DNA of 64,000 nucleotides from Paraspadella gotoi (Eukaryota; Animalia; Chaetognatha), in contig CM119268.1 of the NCBI GenBank assembly GCA_051294375.1, positions 16,756,467 through 16,820,466 of the forward strand. The letters are read 5' to 3'. The stretch's first letter is position 1. The number at the start of each line of letters is the position of its first letter. Positions 12,691 to 24,638 of this stretch are shown here, piece after piece. Under the pieces are notes generated by a model, which searched no databases, was not told where the DNA came from, and was given only the letters and a program-made list of their open reading frames with translations. Both the position numbers and the translations under genes were made by a program.

Positions 12691-12974
12691 TTTTCATTAG
12701 AAACTTCGTTGTGAAAACAAAGAAAACTTTTCTTATTTATTAAGAATTAATAGATTGATTAAAATAAAAATGATAGCCTTGGATTAACGTTAATTTTTAG
12801 TCACAATTAATTTCGTTTCTATTTTTCTCACTCACTTTTGGTTTGGGAAAGGATCTTTAAAACTATAACTCGTAAAGTAAAAGAATAGAATATGAAGGAG
12901 AGAGGTCAATCATTTCAGAATTTATAGGTATAATTAAAATTTTTGCTGATTCTCGTTTCCTTTGTTCCTGTTCT

Positions 12975-13020
<46 letters not shown>

Positions 13021-13736
13021 CCACTTTCTCTCCCTCACCTTTTCCTTTAAAAAATGTAGCAAGTATACTTTTTATGAATATAAATTTGCCCTTAAAGATG
13101 AATAATTAATTAGGCACGAACTATCAATTAATACTGAAAGTTATAGATGACCCTGGCGGCCCTTTTAGTAATAGTTTTATCATTCGCTTTCTTTTTAAGT
13201 TCCCAATCAATATTCACTTGTTCTCTCTTTCATTCGTCTCTTCATTGTAACTCAATTTCTTTTTTTTCTTACTTTAATTTTTTCATCAACACAATACTAT
13301 TCCAAAATTCTTTTTTTTTAAACAAAATATTTTTTTCTTCTTTTTTTTGGGGGGGGTTTGAAAAGATAGGGTGTTGGTTAAAGGCAATCGACCTGATTCG
13401 TGCATTTTCAAACCTCCTTTCAATTTTCAAGACTGAATATTTAAATTAAGTTTGAAGAAAAAAAAGTTGAGAAGTTAGCAAAAAAAAATAGAACAGAAAG
13501 ACAGCGACAATGATAAAGAAAGAAAGATCGACCGAGAAGATAGAAAGAAGGATAGAAAAAGAAGAGAGCAAATCCAAAACGTAAACGCAAATAACCGACG
13601 GAGAAATGAAAAAGAGATCCAGTTTTCTTGATTCGTTTACGATTTTTTTTTTTCATTCTTATTTTTTTATTTTTTTATTTTTTTAAAAACGACGAATCCA
13701 TTAGTTTTTTGAAACAAAGAAAATGGCGGCCTCAAA

Positions 13737-13862
<126 letters not shown>

Positions 13863-14493
13863 TTCCCAAAAAGGAAAAAAGTCTTGTTTTGAACATTTAT
13901 TACCGAGGGACTTTGGGTCCAAGGAAACAAAATCAGCGTGAAATGTTGAAAAAAAAACAAAAGCGAAAAATTTAGAAACGAAAATAATAATAAAAATGAT
14001 AAAAAACTTATATTGAAAAGACGGCAAATCAGAGTCGACGTGACATGTGTTTTCACTGTCAGAGATATAGTATCACTTTCTATTATCGCAAATTGATATA
14101 CACATGTTGAGGATTTGTTTAAATAAAATATATTTAAAGGGATTATCAAAGTTATAGCTTTTAAAATGAGAAGACCAGAAAACAACTAATTATCTCCTGG
14201 TGTACATTAATAAATTATGTATCGAAACCCGCATATTTTAACATTTTTTCCTTTAAATTACTTTGGTAAAAGATCCACCGTTTAACTGTCACAAAAAGAA
14301 CGAATTTTTCGACAGACGAATCCTGGCGTCTCTTTTGATTTATGAACTACAAATGTATTTTTTAAGGAATGAGTCAGTTGAAAAATAGTTATACCGAGAG
14401 AGTGGAGAAACAAAGCGATTAACTTAATCTTAAGAGTAATATTTTGAGAAAACTAAACATGACAAGGAGATAGAAAATGGAGAAAGACCGTGT

Positions 14494-14561
<68 letters not shown>

Positions 14562-14959
14562 CTACTAGTTTGATTTAGATTCCTAAATAATGACTTTCAT
14601 TTGAATAATTTGATTTTTTCTTGCGGCAAAAGCTCATTTCCGTTGCTTCGACTCCAAGAAGCCGGCGAAAAGAGAAGGACTTTTACAGAAGCCATGTTAT
14701 GAAACGCTTGAAGTCAATATTTTTAATTTACTGGGGGAACCTAAAATAAGTTTGTTTAATTACGTTTAGAAATAATTATAAATGATAATTATAAAATTAT
14801 TTTAATTTAGAAATACCAATAAAAATTGAGATGGAATTATTTATTATTTGTTAGTGACAATTATAAACCCGCCGCTAAAAAAACTCTGCCATTTGCAAAC
14901 CAATGCTTATTTCTTTGATTTTAAAAGTTAGTTGAGAAGAAAATACCAAAGTTATTTAT

Positions 14960-15335
14960 GTGTATAAATTACATATTGATCGGTTAAGATATGCCTTGAC
15001 AATAAGTGGAGAAAGTTGGATTCGAAAATGGGCTTTCATTTTTCAACTCATTCTCATTAAAATTATTTTTTTTCCTTAACTTACGTAAGTTAAGGAAAAA
15101 AATAAATTTTAATAAAAATAACAGTAATTTTAATAAGAATTACAGTATTTAAAAAAATATATAATAATTATATTGATACTATTTTATTCAAAAAAAGTTT
15201 TATGAGCGTAAAAGAAAAAATTAATATAAAAAGAGCGAGTTTATAAATGAGCGTCAATTTTAAAAACTATTTTCCTGCTATCATTGCTCACTGCTCAGGC
15301 ATATCATAGTCGATTAATATAAATAATTTTATATT
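14960..15335. mobile_element. Degenerate foldback/MITE-like element containing a 36-bp perfect palindrome
   Basis: Imperfect outer arms (ATATTGATCGGTTAAGATATGCCT vs AGGCATATCATAGTCGATTAATAT) and a perfect palindrome at 15067-15102. No TSD identified. Confidence 0.5.
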
Positions 15336-16096
15336 AGCAAGATAAGCAAATTTTGGGATCAGACTGTAAACCGTTGTCTGGTGCTTGGATCGCTCGCTGA
15401 CGTCTCAGATACGCTGAGACTCAGGATGTCATATTGTCCGACAGATATCAGAATGAATTCACGACAAAAAGAACAATTTCATCGTCAACACTCGGCGACT
15501 TTCTCCGGGAGAAAAAAGGACGTAATGAAGAACTTACTTCGTCGATGGCAACTTACTTGGATGAGCGCGTGGGGGAAGGACGCCAATCCCTTCCGACACC
15601 AGAGCCATCTTCGTAAGTGATGATATAAAAACGACTCCTGATGGAAAAATTGAAAAAAACAAAACAATTGTTTCTCTTATTTTATCAAAATCGGATTTTC
15701 TGAATATTTTTTTGACGGTTCTGTAAAAAGAGAGCATGAAAAAACCTGGTTAGATTTAATAATCTAAAAGAGCGAAAAAGTCCAATAAATCCGGCAATGA
15801 AGTTCTGCTTAATTGACGACAAAAAATGTCGTACGTCAATCGTTAATAATCACATCGACTTCGCCTTTTTCTTTCTCTCTGAAGACTGAATGCAAAAATT
15901 GACAAAGGGCTTCTATTTCTTCTCTCTCTCTCTGACTCTTCTCTCTTGCTCTCTCTCTCTCTCTTCTTCTTTCTTTCTTTCTTTTCTTTCTTTCTTTTCT
16001 TCTTTCTTTTTTTTCTTTTTCTTTCTTTCTTCTTCTTCTTTTCTTCCTTCTTTCTTCTTTTCTTTCTTTCTTTCTTTCTTCTTTCTTTCTTTTCTT

Positions 16097-16163
<67 letters not shown>

Positions 16164-16198
16164 GTCTCTCTCTCTCTGTCTATCTCTCTCTTTCTCAC

Positions 16199-16380
16199 CG
16201 ACGACGCCCCATGCGGCACTTTTGGCGGCTCTGCGGCGCCGCCTTTCGCCGCGTCGACGGAAAGGCGGGAATCTCGGCGACGAGGGCTACGACGACGACG
16301 CTGGCGACGATGACGTTCTCCACAGTTTTTCCTCGAAGTTTCTGAAGACACGTTTGGGGAGACGGAGTGGGAGAAAACGA
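16199..16380 (-). CDS. Candidate upstream exon of the nuclear receptor gene
   Basis: CTAATTTTTTTCAG acceptor, CG|GTGAGA donor, GC-rich. A frame ending ...ATG GGG CGT CGT CG is phase 2, matching the exon at 3463 and giving MGRRRGAPPSPPFP. Confidence 0.5.
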
Positions 16381-17336
16381 CTGAAAAAAATTAGGAAAGT
16401 TTAGAGGATAAAGAGAGGAAATTAAAGTCGAGAAGAAGAAAAGAAGAAAAAGAAAGTAAAATAAAGTGAAGAAACTAATATTATAGATTTTGTTTTACAT
16501 CTTAAGCAAACAAAGTTACATTTAACGAAGCATATCAAATAAATTTTAAGAAAATAAAGAGGAAAATAGAAAATATACGAGCGAGTGAAGAGGAAAGATA
16601 AGGAGATAAAGGAGTGGAGAAGAAGAAGAGGAAAGTTTGATGAAGCAAATCAGTCAAAAGCAGATTATCTACTGCGTTGAGGAAACCATTGAAACGATGT
16701 ATGTTTATTAATAAAGACGACGTTTTCTGAAGGAAGTAAATGGCGCTCGACGTTACGCAAGAGGCGTTGTTTCTCTTCTTTTGTTTTTTTTTGTTTTTTT
16801 TTTTTTGAAAAAAAAAATCTATCGGATGAGATTATATTAAGAGAAAATCCTAATAATTAGAATAGACATCAAAATGTAAGTTAATTTGTCAATTCTTCAT
16901 CGGAAAAGGGGGTCAAGATAATGAGACTCTTTTGTGCAGCTTGTTTTAAAAGAAAGAGACAGAAAAAGACGTTTCAATCAAAGAGTCTTTCAAATATTTG
17001 TAAATTTAAATGTCAGGATGACGGGGAAGGCTTCCCCTTATTCATTTATTCTTCAAAAATATTTAAATACATTTTTTTTTGCTGGAGAGCAGCGAATTGG
17101 GATTAAATCGAACTCAAAATTTCCGCATAAAACTTAAAATTTTTATTCGCGCGAATACGAAAGACAAAATACGGGAGGCGGCTGACTATGACGGCGAATT
17201 AATGGGAGATGATCATTTGAATTATGAGAGATTGTCGGGTTTTTCTCCGACAACAGATCGAGAGAGAGAGATGAAGAGAGATGTTTAGAGAGAGAGAGAG
17301 AGAGGAGGAGAGGATGAGAGAGGAGAGAAGAGAGAG

Positions 17337-17378
<42 letters not shown>

Positions 17379-17819
17379 TATTCCTAATTAATAAAAACGC
17401 AAAGGCGGCTCATACTGGCTACTATCTGTGCCCCTTTGACCTGCAGAGTAGCTTCTGTCAAGAGACGTCCACGCTTAAAAATAAATCATAAACCGGAAAA
17501 CCTCCCAGGAGGCATTTTTTTTTATAAAAAAGTTTTATGGGGCTGATTATCGAGTTTTTATCGCCATTAATGATTCATGAATGATTCATTAATGACGAGC
17601 ATTTTCGATATAGAAGGACACATCGCGGTCGCAATTGTTCACGGCTTTTTATTTTTTATACAAAAATTCTGAGCATTCAGTGAACTTCACCGTCTACCGT
17701 GTTGGTCTTGACTCGGTTCGGGAATATCACTAACTGATTTTCATTGCGCAGTTATTTATATTTAAGTGTCAGGTTTCTATGATTGTATTAATATTTTTGA
17801 AGTCATACAAAAAATTGCG

Positions 17820-18100
17820 TCGTCGGGAAGTCCACCCCTCATTACCCGAGTTCGATCCTCCCGCCAGAGGCAGAAATCTGCACCAGGAAATGAACCAGAA
17901 TGAGATGATTTATGGAGTGCAGCGGACGTTCATCAGCCATCCGCCCAATTTTTTTCTTGACCTTATGATTCCACACAAGTTTATCGGTTATTGCCCTGGC
18001 TTTCTCTCTTTCTCTCTCTCCCTCATAAATACCATGGAACTTTTTTTAAAACCATGAGGTCTTACTCAGCGCTTGATAAGCCTAAGTATTGAATATTGGC
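17820..18100 (+). mobile_element. Possible tRNA-derived SINE remnant
   Basis: B-box-like GAGTTCGATCCTCCC near 17848. No clear A-box, cloverleaf or TSD. Confidence 0.25.
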
Positions 18101-18845
18101 TTAGAGCGATTTACTCAATCTAGATGTATTGTGTCACGTGACAAATGGTAGATGTTGTTGTTTCAATGTAACCATTTCTAAACTGCTTTCTTGTTACTCA
18201 TAGTACGACAACTATCATCGAGTTGAGCCAATAGAACCAGAGAGAAACAACCACAGTTGAGACATCGTCGACACCAATTTCAGAATTACAAAATTACAAA
18301 AACCAAAATTCAATGTACTCCTTGCCAGAATCATTATTATACTATAAATAAGTACTTCCAAAAATATTTTTAAACTGTTATGTCTTAGAATGGTATTAAA
18401 CAATAAGTTTTCAAACTTTTTTTTTTCAAACCGAGCGGAGAAAACCGAGCAGTTGCCTTTGCTGCATCAAAAAAAGCATTATATATTAAAGAATTTCAAA
18501 AAGATTAATATATCGTCTAAAAGCTAAGAGAGAATATTATACAAATATTTATTCAGATTTATTATAGTTATAGAGTAATAATTTTTTTTAAATTTTGTCT
18601 CGATATATGATCCCGCAAACAAAACTACGAAGGGACTTGACGTCGTCAAAAATCTTTGTTTACGTTTTGGCGGCACGTGGAAGCGTCACGCGAGAGATTT
18701 ACGATGACCATCATGTCGCCTCTAGTGTCAAGTGTCCCGTAAATTGTTTATAATTGATTCTGTATTTTATTTATCGATGGGAGGAGATTGGAAATTCCGA
18801 TCGTTCATTTCGTGGTGATCTTGTGTCGGTCGAATATTTTGGCAC

Positions 18846-18846
<1 letters not shown>

Positions 18847-18898
<52 letters not shown>

Positions 18899-18907
18899 TT
18901 AGATAGT

Positions 18908-18969
<62 letters not shown>

Positions 18970-18971
18970 GA
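18847..18971. repeat. (GATA)n microsatellite
   Basis: Directly visible. Confidence 0.97.
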
Positions 18972-20534
18972 TATAGACTTAATTCAAAGTTCTTATTATA
19001 TATTATCCAAAAGGACGAGGCAAGTATCGAGATATAACTTATAAGCATAAAGTAATAACGTACAAGGAACAGAAGTTAAACAACAAAGAAAACCGGTTTA
19101 AACAGAGGATTGAGCTCAGCTCTTGACTCTGTATTTCCCCCAATGGTGAAACAGAACGTTTTATCGGAGCATGTCCTTGAAACCAATATCGTCGAGCAAG
19201 TTCGCTCGAACCGACTCGCACTCACTTTTGGTTCACTTTGAAAAAATAATCTTCTAAAGTTTTGATCGACATTAAAAAAACTTAAACAAAAAAAAAGGCT
19301 CTGATAAAGGAATTTTTATTTTCCGATTATTTTTAAAACGTCTGGCGGTATTGATAAGCAATGTACAGTATTTTTGAGTATTTTTAGACTTTTTAATTAA
19401 GAGTTTTATTTATAAGGTAGGGGTTATAAACTGTTTTTTATACCAGCTTTCAAAAAAAAAAAAATTTCTATTTTCTGTTTACGTTTAGATAACTTCTGAC
19501 TTTCTTTAGTAGCAAAAATTTGAGGTACCGCACAGATGGTACCCGATCCAGTTAATTTGTATCTAAAATGTGTGAGAACCAGAATGTCAAGAGAGCCTAG
19601 ATGGAATACTACTATTCCTAACAAGCCAGGATTAGAATGATAGGTAGTGAAAACACTTTCTAAAAAAATCAAATTTAAAAAATGCAAAGTGTTAACATGA
19701 AGAACGAATCATGTCAATGTCACGGTGTTACACTTACAGCCTGATCCGAAGCTCAGGGACTTCTTATATTGAACGGTTCTGTCACGAACTCATAACAATT
19801 ATTACTGTCTCTTCACTACAATATTTTTCTCTCAAAAACAATGACATAATCATTTTAGGTTAAACTGTTAAAAAAAAGGCTTTCATAGCTTAACATTAAA
19901 TGATGTATTATTATTTTCTTCCTTTTTTTAGATTAACGAAGTGGAAGAAAAAGTAGAAACCAATTTTTTGTCCTAACGAAGACACAAACTTACAAACTGC
20001 TGTACTGTAGGTCAAAAGAAGGAAATTCGAAAAGTTAAAAATTATTCATTAACTAAAAATTAACTAAAAAATATATAAAAACGCTTTACATGTTCGAGTA
20101 TGACTTGTTAATTTTTAGTTACAATTAGAACGTATAATGATATTCTTTTTTAAAAACTTAGATAATACATATATACTATTAAAAAATATATAAAAAAAAC
20201 GAGCGGCCACTCATAACGAGTGGCGTGTCTTTATCAACGAGCAGACTTTCGATGGAGCACCGTCCGTTTCCACTCGGGTCGCTCGGGTCCGAAACGGTTA
20301 AATTTATTACCAGGGTACATTATTTATTATTCAATTAATTTATTTATTACAGGTTTTCGCGAGGTTTTTTTTTTTCATTAGTTCAATGTTTTAATCGCCC
20401 ATTTTTTTCCTCTTTATTTATTATATTTAGTTATTCCATGACATCGAATTAAATAGATGACCACTCAGCATTTTTAGTGATTGCGCGAGAGAAGTGAGCA
20501 GAGAGAGAGAGAGACGAGAACGAGAGAGAGAGAC

Positions 20535-20601
<67 letters not shown>

Positions 20602-21581
20602 AGAGGAGGAGGACACGAGAGACGAGCTAGGCAGAGGAGAGACGAAGAGAAGATGAGAGAGAGAGAAATATGAGTTCAAAAGGCGACTTGAATTATGTTT
20701 ATATATTTTCTTTTAGTTATGACCGACTATTCCACGTTTGTCCGCGTCTCGAAAATCTTTTTGGAATTGGTGCGCATTTCTGGATTTTTTTATCTGTATT
20801 TTTTTGTTTTCTTTCGAGAATTTGGAGTTCGAAATTACCAGTAAAATTTTTGACGACCCAAAGGAAAAAAAAACACATGTGTACTTCGAAATTCTCGTTA
20901 AAAAATACAATTTCAAACCGGTTATTCTCTCTTTTTCTCAGTGTCTCTATATCTATGTCTCCCTCCCTTTCTCTGCATATCTCTCTCTCTCTCTATCTCT
21001 CTTTTTCCCTTTCCCCGAGGCCCCCACAATAATTTGCTTCCAGAGCAAGAAACAAGAAGTACTTGGAATGACGAAAGTGACGGCGACTGAAAATAACAGT
21101 CAGTAACAAAAAATAGATTTAAATTCATAAAAATATTTCATACTTTTTAAATCACGTGTGTTTATTTTATATCCTCCCAACGGCGACGATGAAGACGACG
21201 ACGAAGACGACGAAAATCCTCAGCAACTACGACAACAACACACAAATCTCTCTCTCTCTCTCGCTCTCTCGCTCTCTCTCTCTCTTTTTGACTCCTCTAC
21301 CTTCTTCCAAATAAAGTCGATCTAAATTTAAAATTGTCTTTGTTTTTTTAGTTTCGTCTTCGTCTTTGCCAAGAATTAAAATTTGTCGCTTTTTTTTTCA
21401 GTTTTCATTATGAATTGAATAAATTTGCATAGATGAAGAAACAAGCGATCTCTTTATATTCGGGTTCGGTTTCGTGTGTTTCGTTTTTCCGAAGACCCAG
21501 GCGATAAATCAGAAGCCACATTCGTCGAAGGACAATCCAATTTCTCTGTCGGTGTGTGTTTTCTATCTTCTTCTTTTAATG

Positions 21582-21650
<69 letters not shown>

Positions 21651-21923
21651 GAGAGAGAGAGAGGGAGAGAGAGAGGGTCGACATGACCCTTGCCGAGTTG
21701 TTCAGCGGAGCTGAGCTGTTGGACTTGGATCCTGGGGATAAGAAGAGTACGTATGTCACGATGACATTTTGTTCGAGTTTAGTTCGAATGTTTGGCGATA
21801 GAGGAGTTCGGTGTTCGGGACGGACATTACGACAAAACAAAAGATATTATCGAGGAGAAATCACATTAATTTGTTTTACGTATTTTAGCTCGAAAGCCGC
21901 ATGGCTCATTGAACACTGAACAA

Positions 21924-22464
21924 TAAGGCGTAGTAAAATTTTTAAATTTAACTTTAATTAAAATTCTAAAAGTAAGGAACGAACAACATTATACTAATGA
22001 ACATTTATGCATAAAAAAAATTTATAATAAATTTTACAATTTACGCAGTAGGCCATATTTATACTAATACTAATCCAATAAATGATAAAATTTCAAAACA
22101 GTTTTTTTTTAAGATTCGTCATAAAAAGTTGATAAAAAGAAATATAACTCTTTTTAAAATTCCTTCATAAAGTGGGTCAAAAATTAGAAAAAGCTATATT
22201 TTAAGCTTAATGAAAGAATTTTTAAAAGTAATTTATATTTTCTTATATCGACTTTTGATGAGGAATTCAAATCTGCAATCAAAATTAAGAAAAGTTTATT
22301 TTGAAATTTTGCGATTTTATAAGGATAGTACTATATATAAAATATAGCCTACTGCGAAAATTAAAATACATAAAATTAATTTTTTTACAAATTAATGTTC
22401 ACTGATGGTATCTTGTTCATAATTGACTTTTAGAATTTCCGTACGCAACTTTCACTACGCCTTA
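21924..22464. mobile_element. Non-autonomous DNA transposon (MITE) with 8-bp TSD (hAT- or Mutator-like)
   Basis: Termini TAAGGCGTAGT ... ACTACGCCTTA with long imperfect subterminal IRs. CTGAACAA is duplicated at 21916-21923 and 22465-22472. Confidence 0.88.
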
Positions 22465-22674
22465 CTGAACAACTCATTACATCATTTTAATTCACAAATT
22501 ATTTTTAACATATGACAATTTTAATTCACTATATAATTAAAGGTCATGAAATATTTTAACTAACGACATTATTTTATTTTAATATAAATGTATATCATAA
22601 CTACATAATTAAAACTTTAGTATGATATTTATTTTTATAATGAGATTTACTGTGCTAAATACAAAACCTTTTTT

Positions 22675-22716
22675 ACCAAATGTTTCGGCATAAATTGGTA
22701 TGCCATCATCGGTGCT
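22675..22716 (-). ncRNA. Decayed hammerhead-like motif
   Basis: Minus strand: C(C)GATGA-T-[GGCATA ccaatt TATGCC]-GAAA-CATT-TGGT. One core substitution, perfect stem II. Confidence 0.4.
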
Positions 22717-23011
22717 ATATCATTTGTGATTGCGATTCCTAAAAAAACTTCAACGCATGGGGTTACTCTAACACATGACGTGTGAAAAAAAAGAACAAAA
22801 TTTGAAGGCAGATAATTTTGGATTTATGATTCTTTTTCTTTTTCAAAAATTAAATGAGGCGTTTTAAGTACGTATGTATACTTAAAGGGTCAATTTGACT
22901 TTTGAGTTTTGACTTACACACACACACACACTCTCTCTCTCTTTCTCTAAATGGTTAACCTTTCTTTTATTTTTTGAAATTTATTACCTTTTCTTGTTTT
23001 GTCTCTTTTAG

Positions 23012-23050
23012 CCACTGATGATAACTTAGAAATTAAGTCGAAATATATGG
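23012..23050 (+). ncRNA. Decayed hammerhead-like motif
   Basis: CCA-CTGATGA-T-[aACTTAG aaa TTAAGTc]-GAAA-TATA-TGG. Confidence 0.45.
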
Positions 23051-23149
23051 GAAAAAAATGATTTTTTTTGGTTTCTAATGTTTCTAATTTATAAATCAAA
23101 TTTTAAACAATTAAATCAAGTCAACTTGACTTTGACTTTTTCCATGCAA

Positions 23150-24000
23150 TTTCTCTCCCTCAATCTTCACTCCATCGAAACATTATTTCTTGCTCAATCA
23201 CACACTTCCCTACCCACAAACAAAATTTTATCTCAATGTATCCATCCAATTATGATTAATTCGAGTAATTATAGGTTAAAATAAGTAAAAAGATTCAAGT
23301 AAATGTGACTTATATTTTTTCTATTTAAACTCATTTCCACTGGTATGATTCCATCTTAAATTTTTATCCAGCTTCGTCACACACTTCCCTACCGACACAC
23401 AAAATTTAATTTTAATCTATCCATCCAATTATGATTAATTAGATCAATTATGGGTTAAAATTAGTAAAAAGATTTAAGTAAATGTGACTTGATGTTTTTT
23501 CCATTTTCCACTTTGTCTCGCCTCTCAATCATAAAACAACAATATCGATCACAAAATTAATTAATTTAATTAATTAATTAATTTATTACAAATAATTAAT
23601 AATTAATTTATTACTTATTTATTAATAATTAATTAATGCAGCTTGAATTTAAATTAATATAAAAAAGCATAATCAAATAAGGAAATAGATTGTTTGTTTC
23701 CACTTGCACGATTCCATCGAAACTTTATATCCAGCTCAAACACTCAGTTTTCTAACCACACACAAAATTTTATTCCAATCCATCCATCCAATCACGAGTA
23801 GTTAGAGTTTTTTGCTAAGGGGTGACGAACGGACAGACGGACGGACGGACATACAGCCAGACGGACGGAAGGACGGACATCATTTTTTTTTGGCATAATT
23901 TATCATGATTTGATGTTCTGACATGATTTAAGTGAATGACCGACAAGATTGAGGTGGACAGACGGACCGACCGACCGAATCTACGATAAGCAGATCCGAC
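23150..24000 (+). mobile_element. Helentron/HINE-like non-autonomous element with internal core repeats
   Basis: Three copies of the core (GATTCCATC...CCAGCTC...TTCCTACCCACA...CCATCCAAT), a (GGAC/AGAC)n microsatellite and ATAATTTATCAT...TTCTGACATGAT...CGACAAGATT, all shared with copies at 32.3, 34.1 and 34.5 kb. Confidence 0.75.
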
Positions 24001-24638
24001 AAAAAATGCTCATATTATTAGCTGAAAATTATTTTTTTCATAATTTATAACCCTTTTAATGAAATTTTTTTTAAAAAATCGTTCATATTTTTTTTTCTCC
24101 TTTTGATTAGGAATTAAAATTTGGCGTTAAAATTGAAAAATTATAAGATTATAGCCTACTTCGAAAATTAAAACAAATACAAAACAAAAAAACAAACAAA
24201 CAAACAAAACAATTACTAATATTTAGTTTTTTATGAATTAATAATTCATAATATGTCATCGACCCCAGTTAGCTAAATCAGTCAACAGTCTAAGGAATTA
24301 ATCCTTTTTCACATTTAAAAAAAAATTAACATATTTAGTTTGCATAAGTTCTATTCGAAAGGTAGTGCATATTTAATCATGAATATGATGTACAACAAAA
24401 CAGTGTAGATAAATAGGTATTACAGTAATGACTTTAGATAATATCAGTACATAAGCCACATTAGATAAATAAAACTTATAAAAGAGTGGCAATTAGTCAT
24501 TTTGTGTCAATTGAAAGACAAAAATACACTCCCTTTTCAACTTCTAGGTGCAGCTTTTAACTGCTATGTTTATACATATTTCATTGATCGTAATTGTTGT
24601 CCAGGCCTATTCCAGGAAGTCAGGAAAATAAGTTCAAA

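Noticed and set aside
15381-15620. Plus-strand 60-79 aa ORFs ending near a GTAAGT
   Set aside because: No recognisable homology, acceptor or partner exon.
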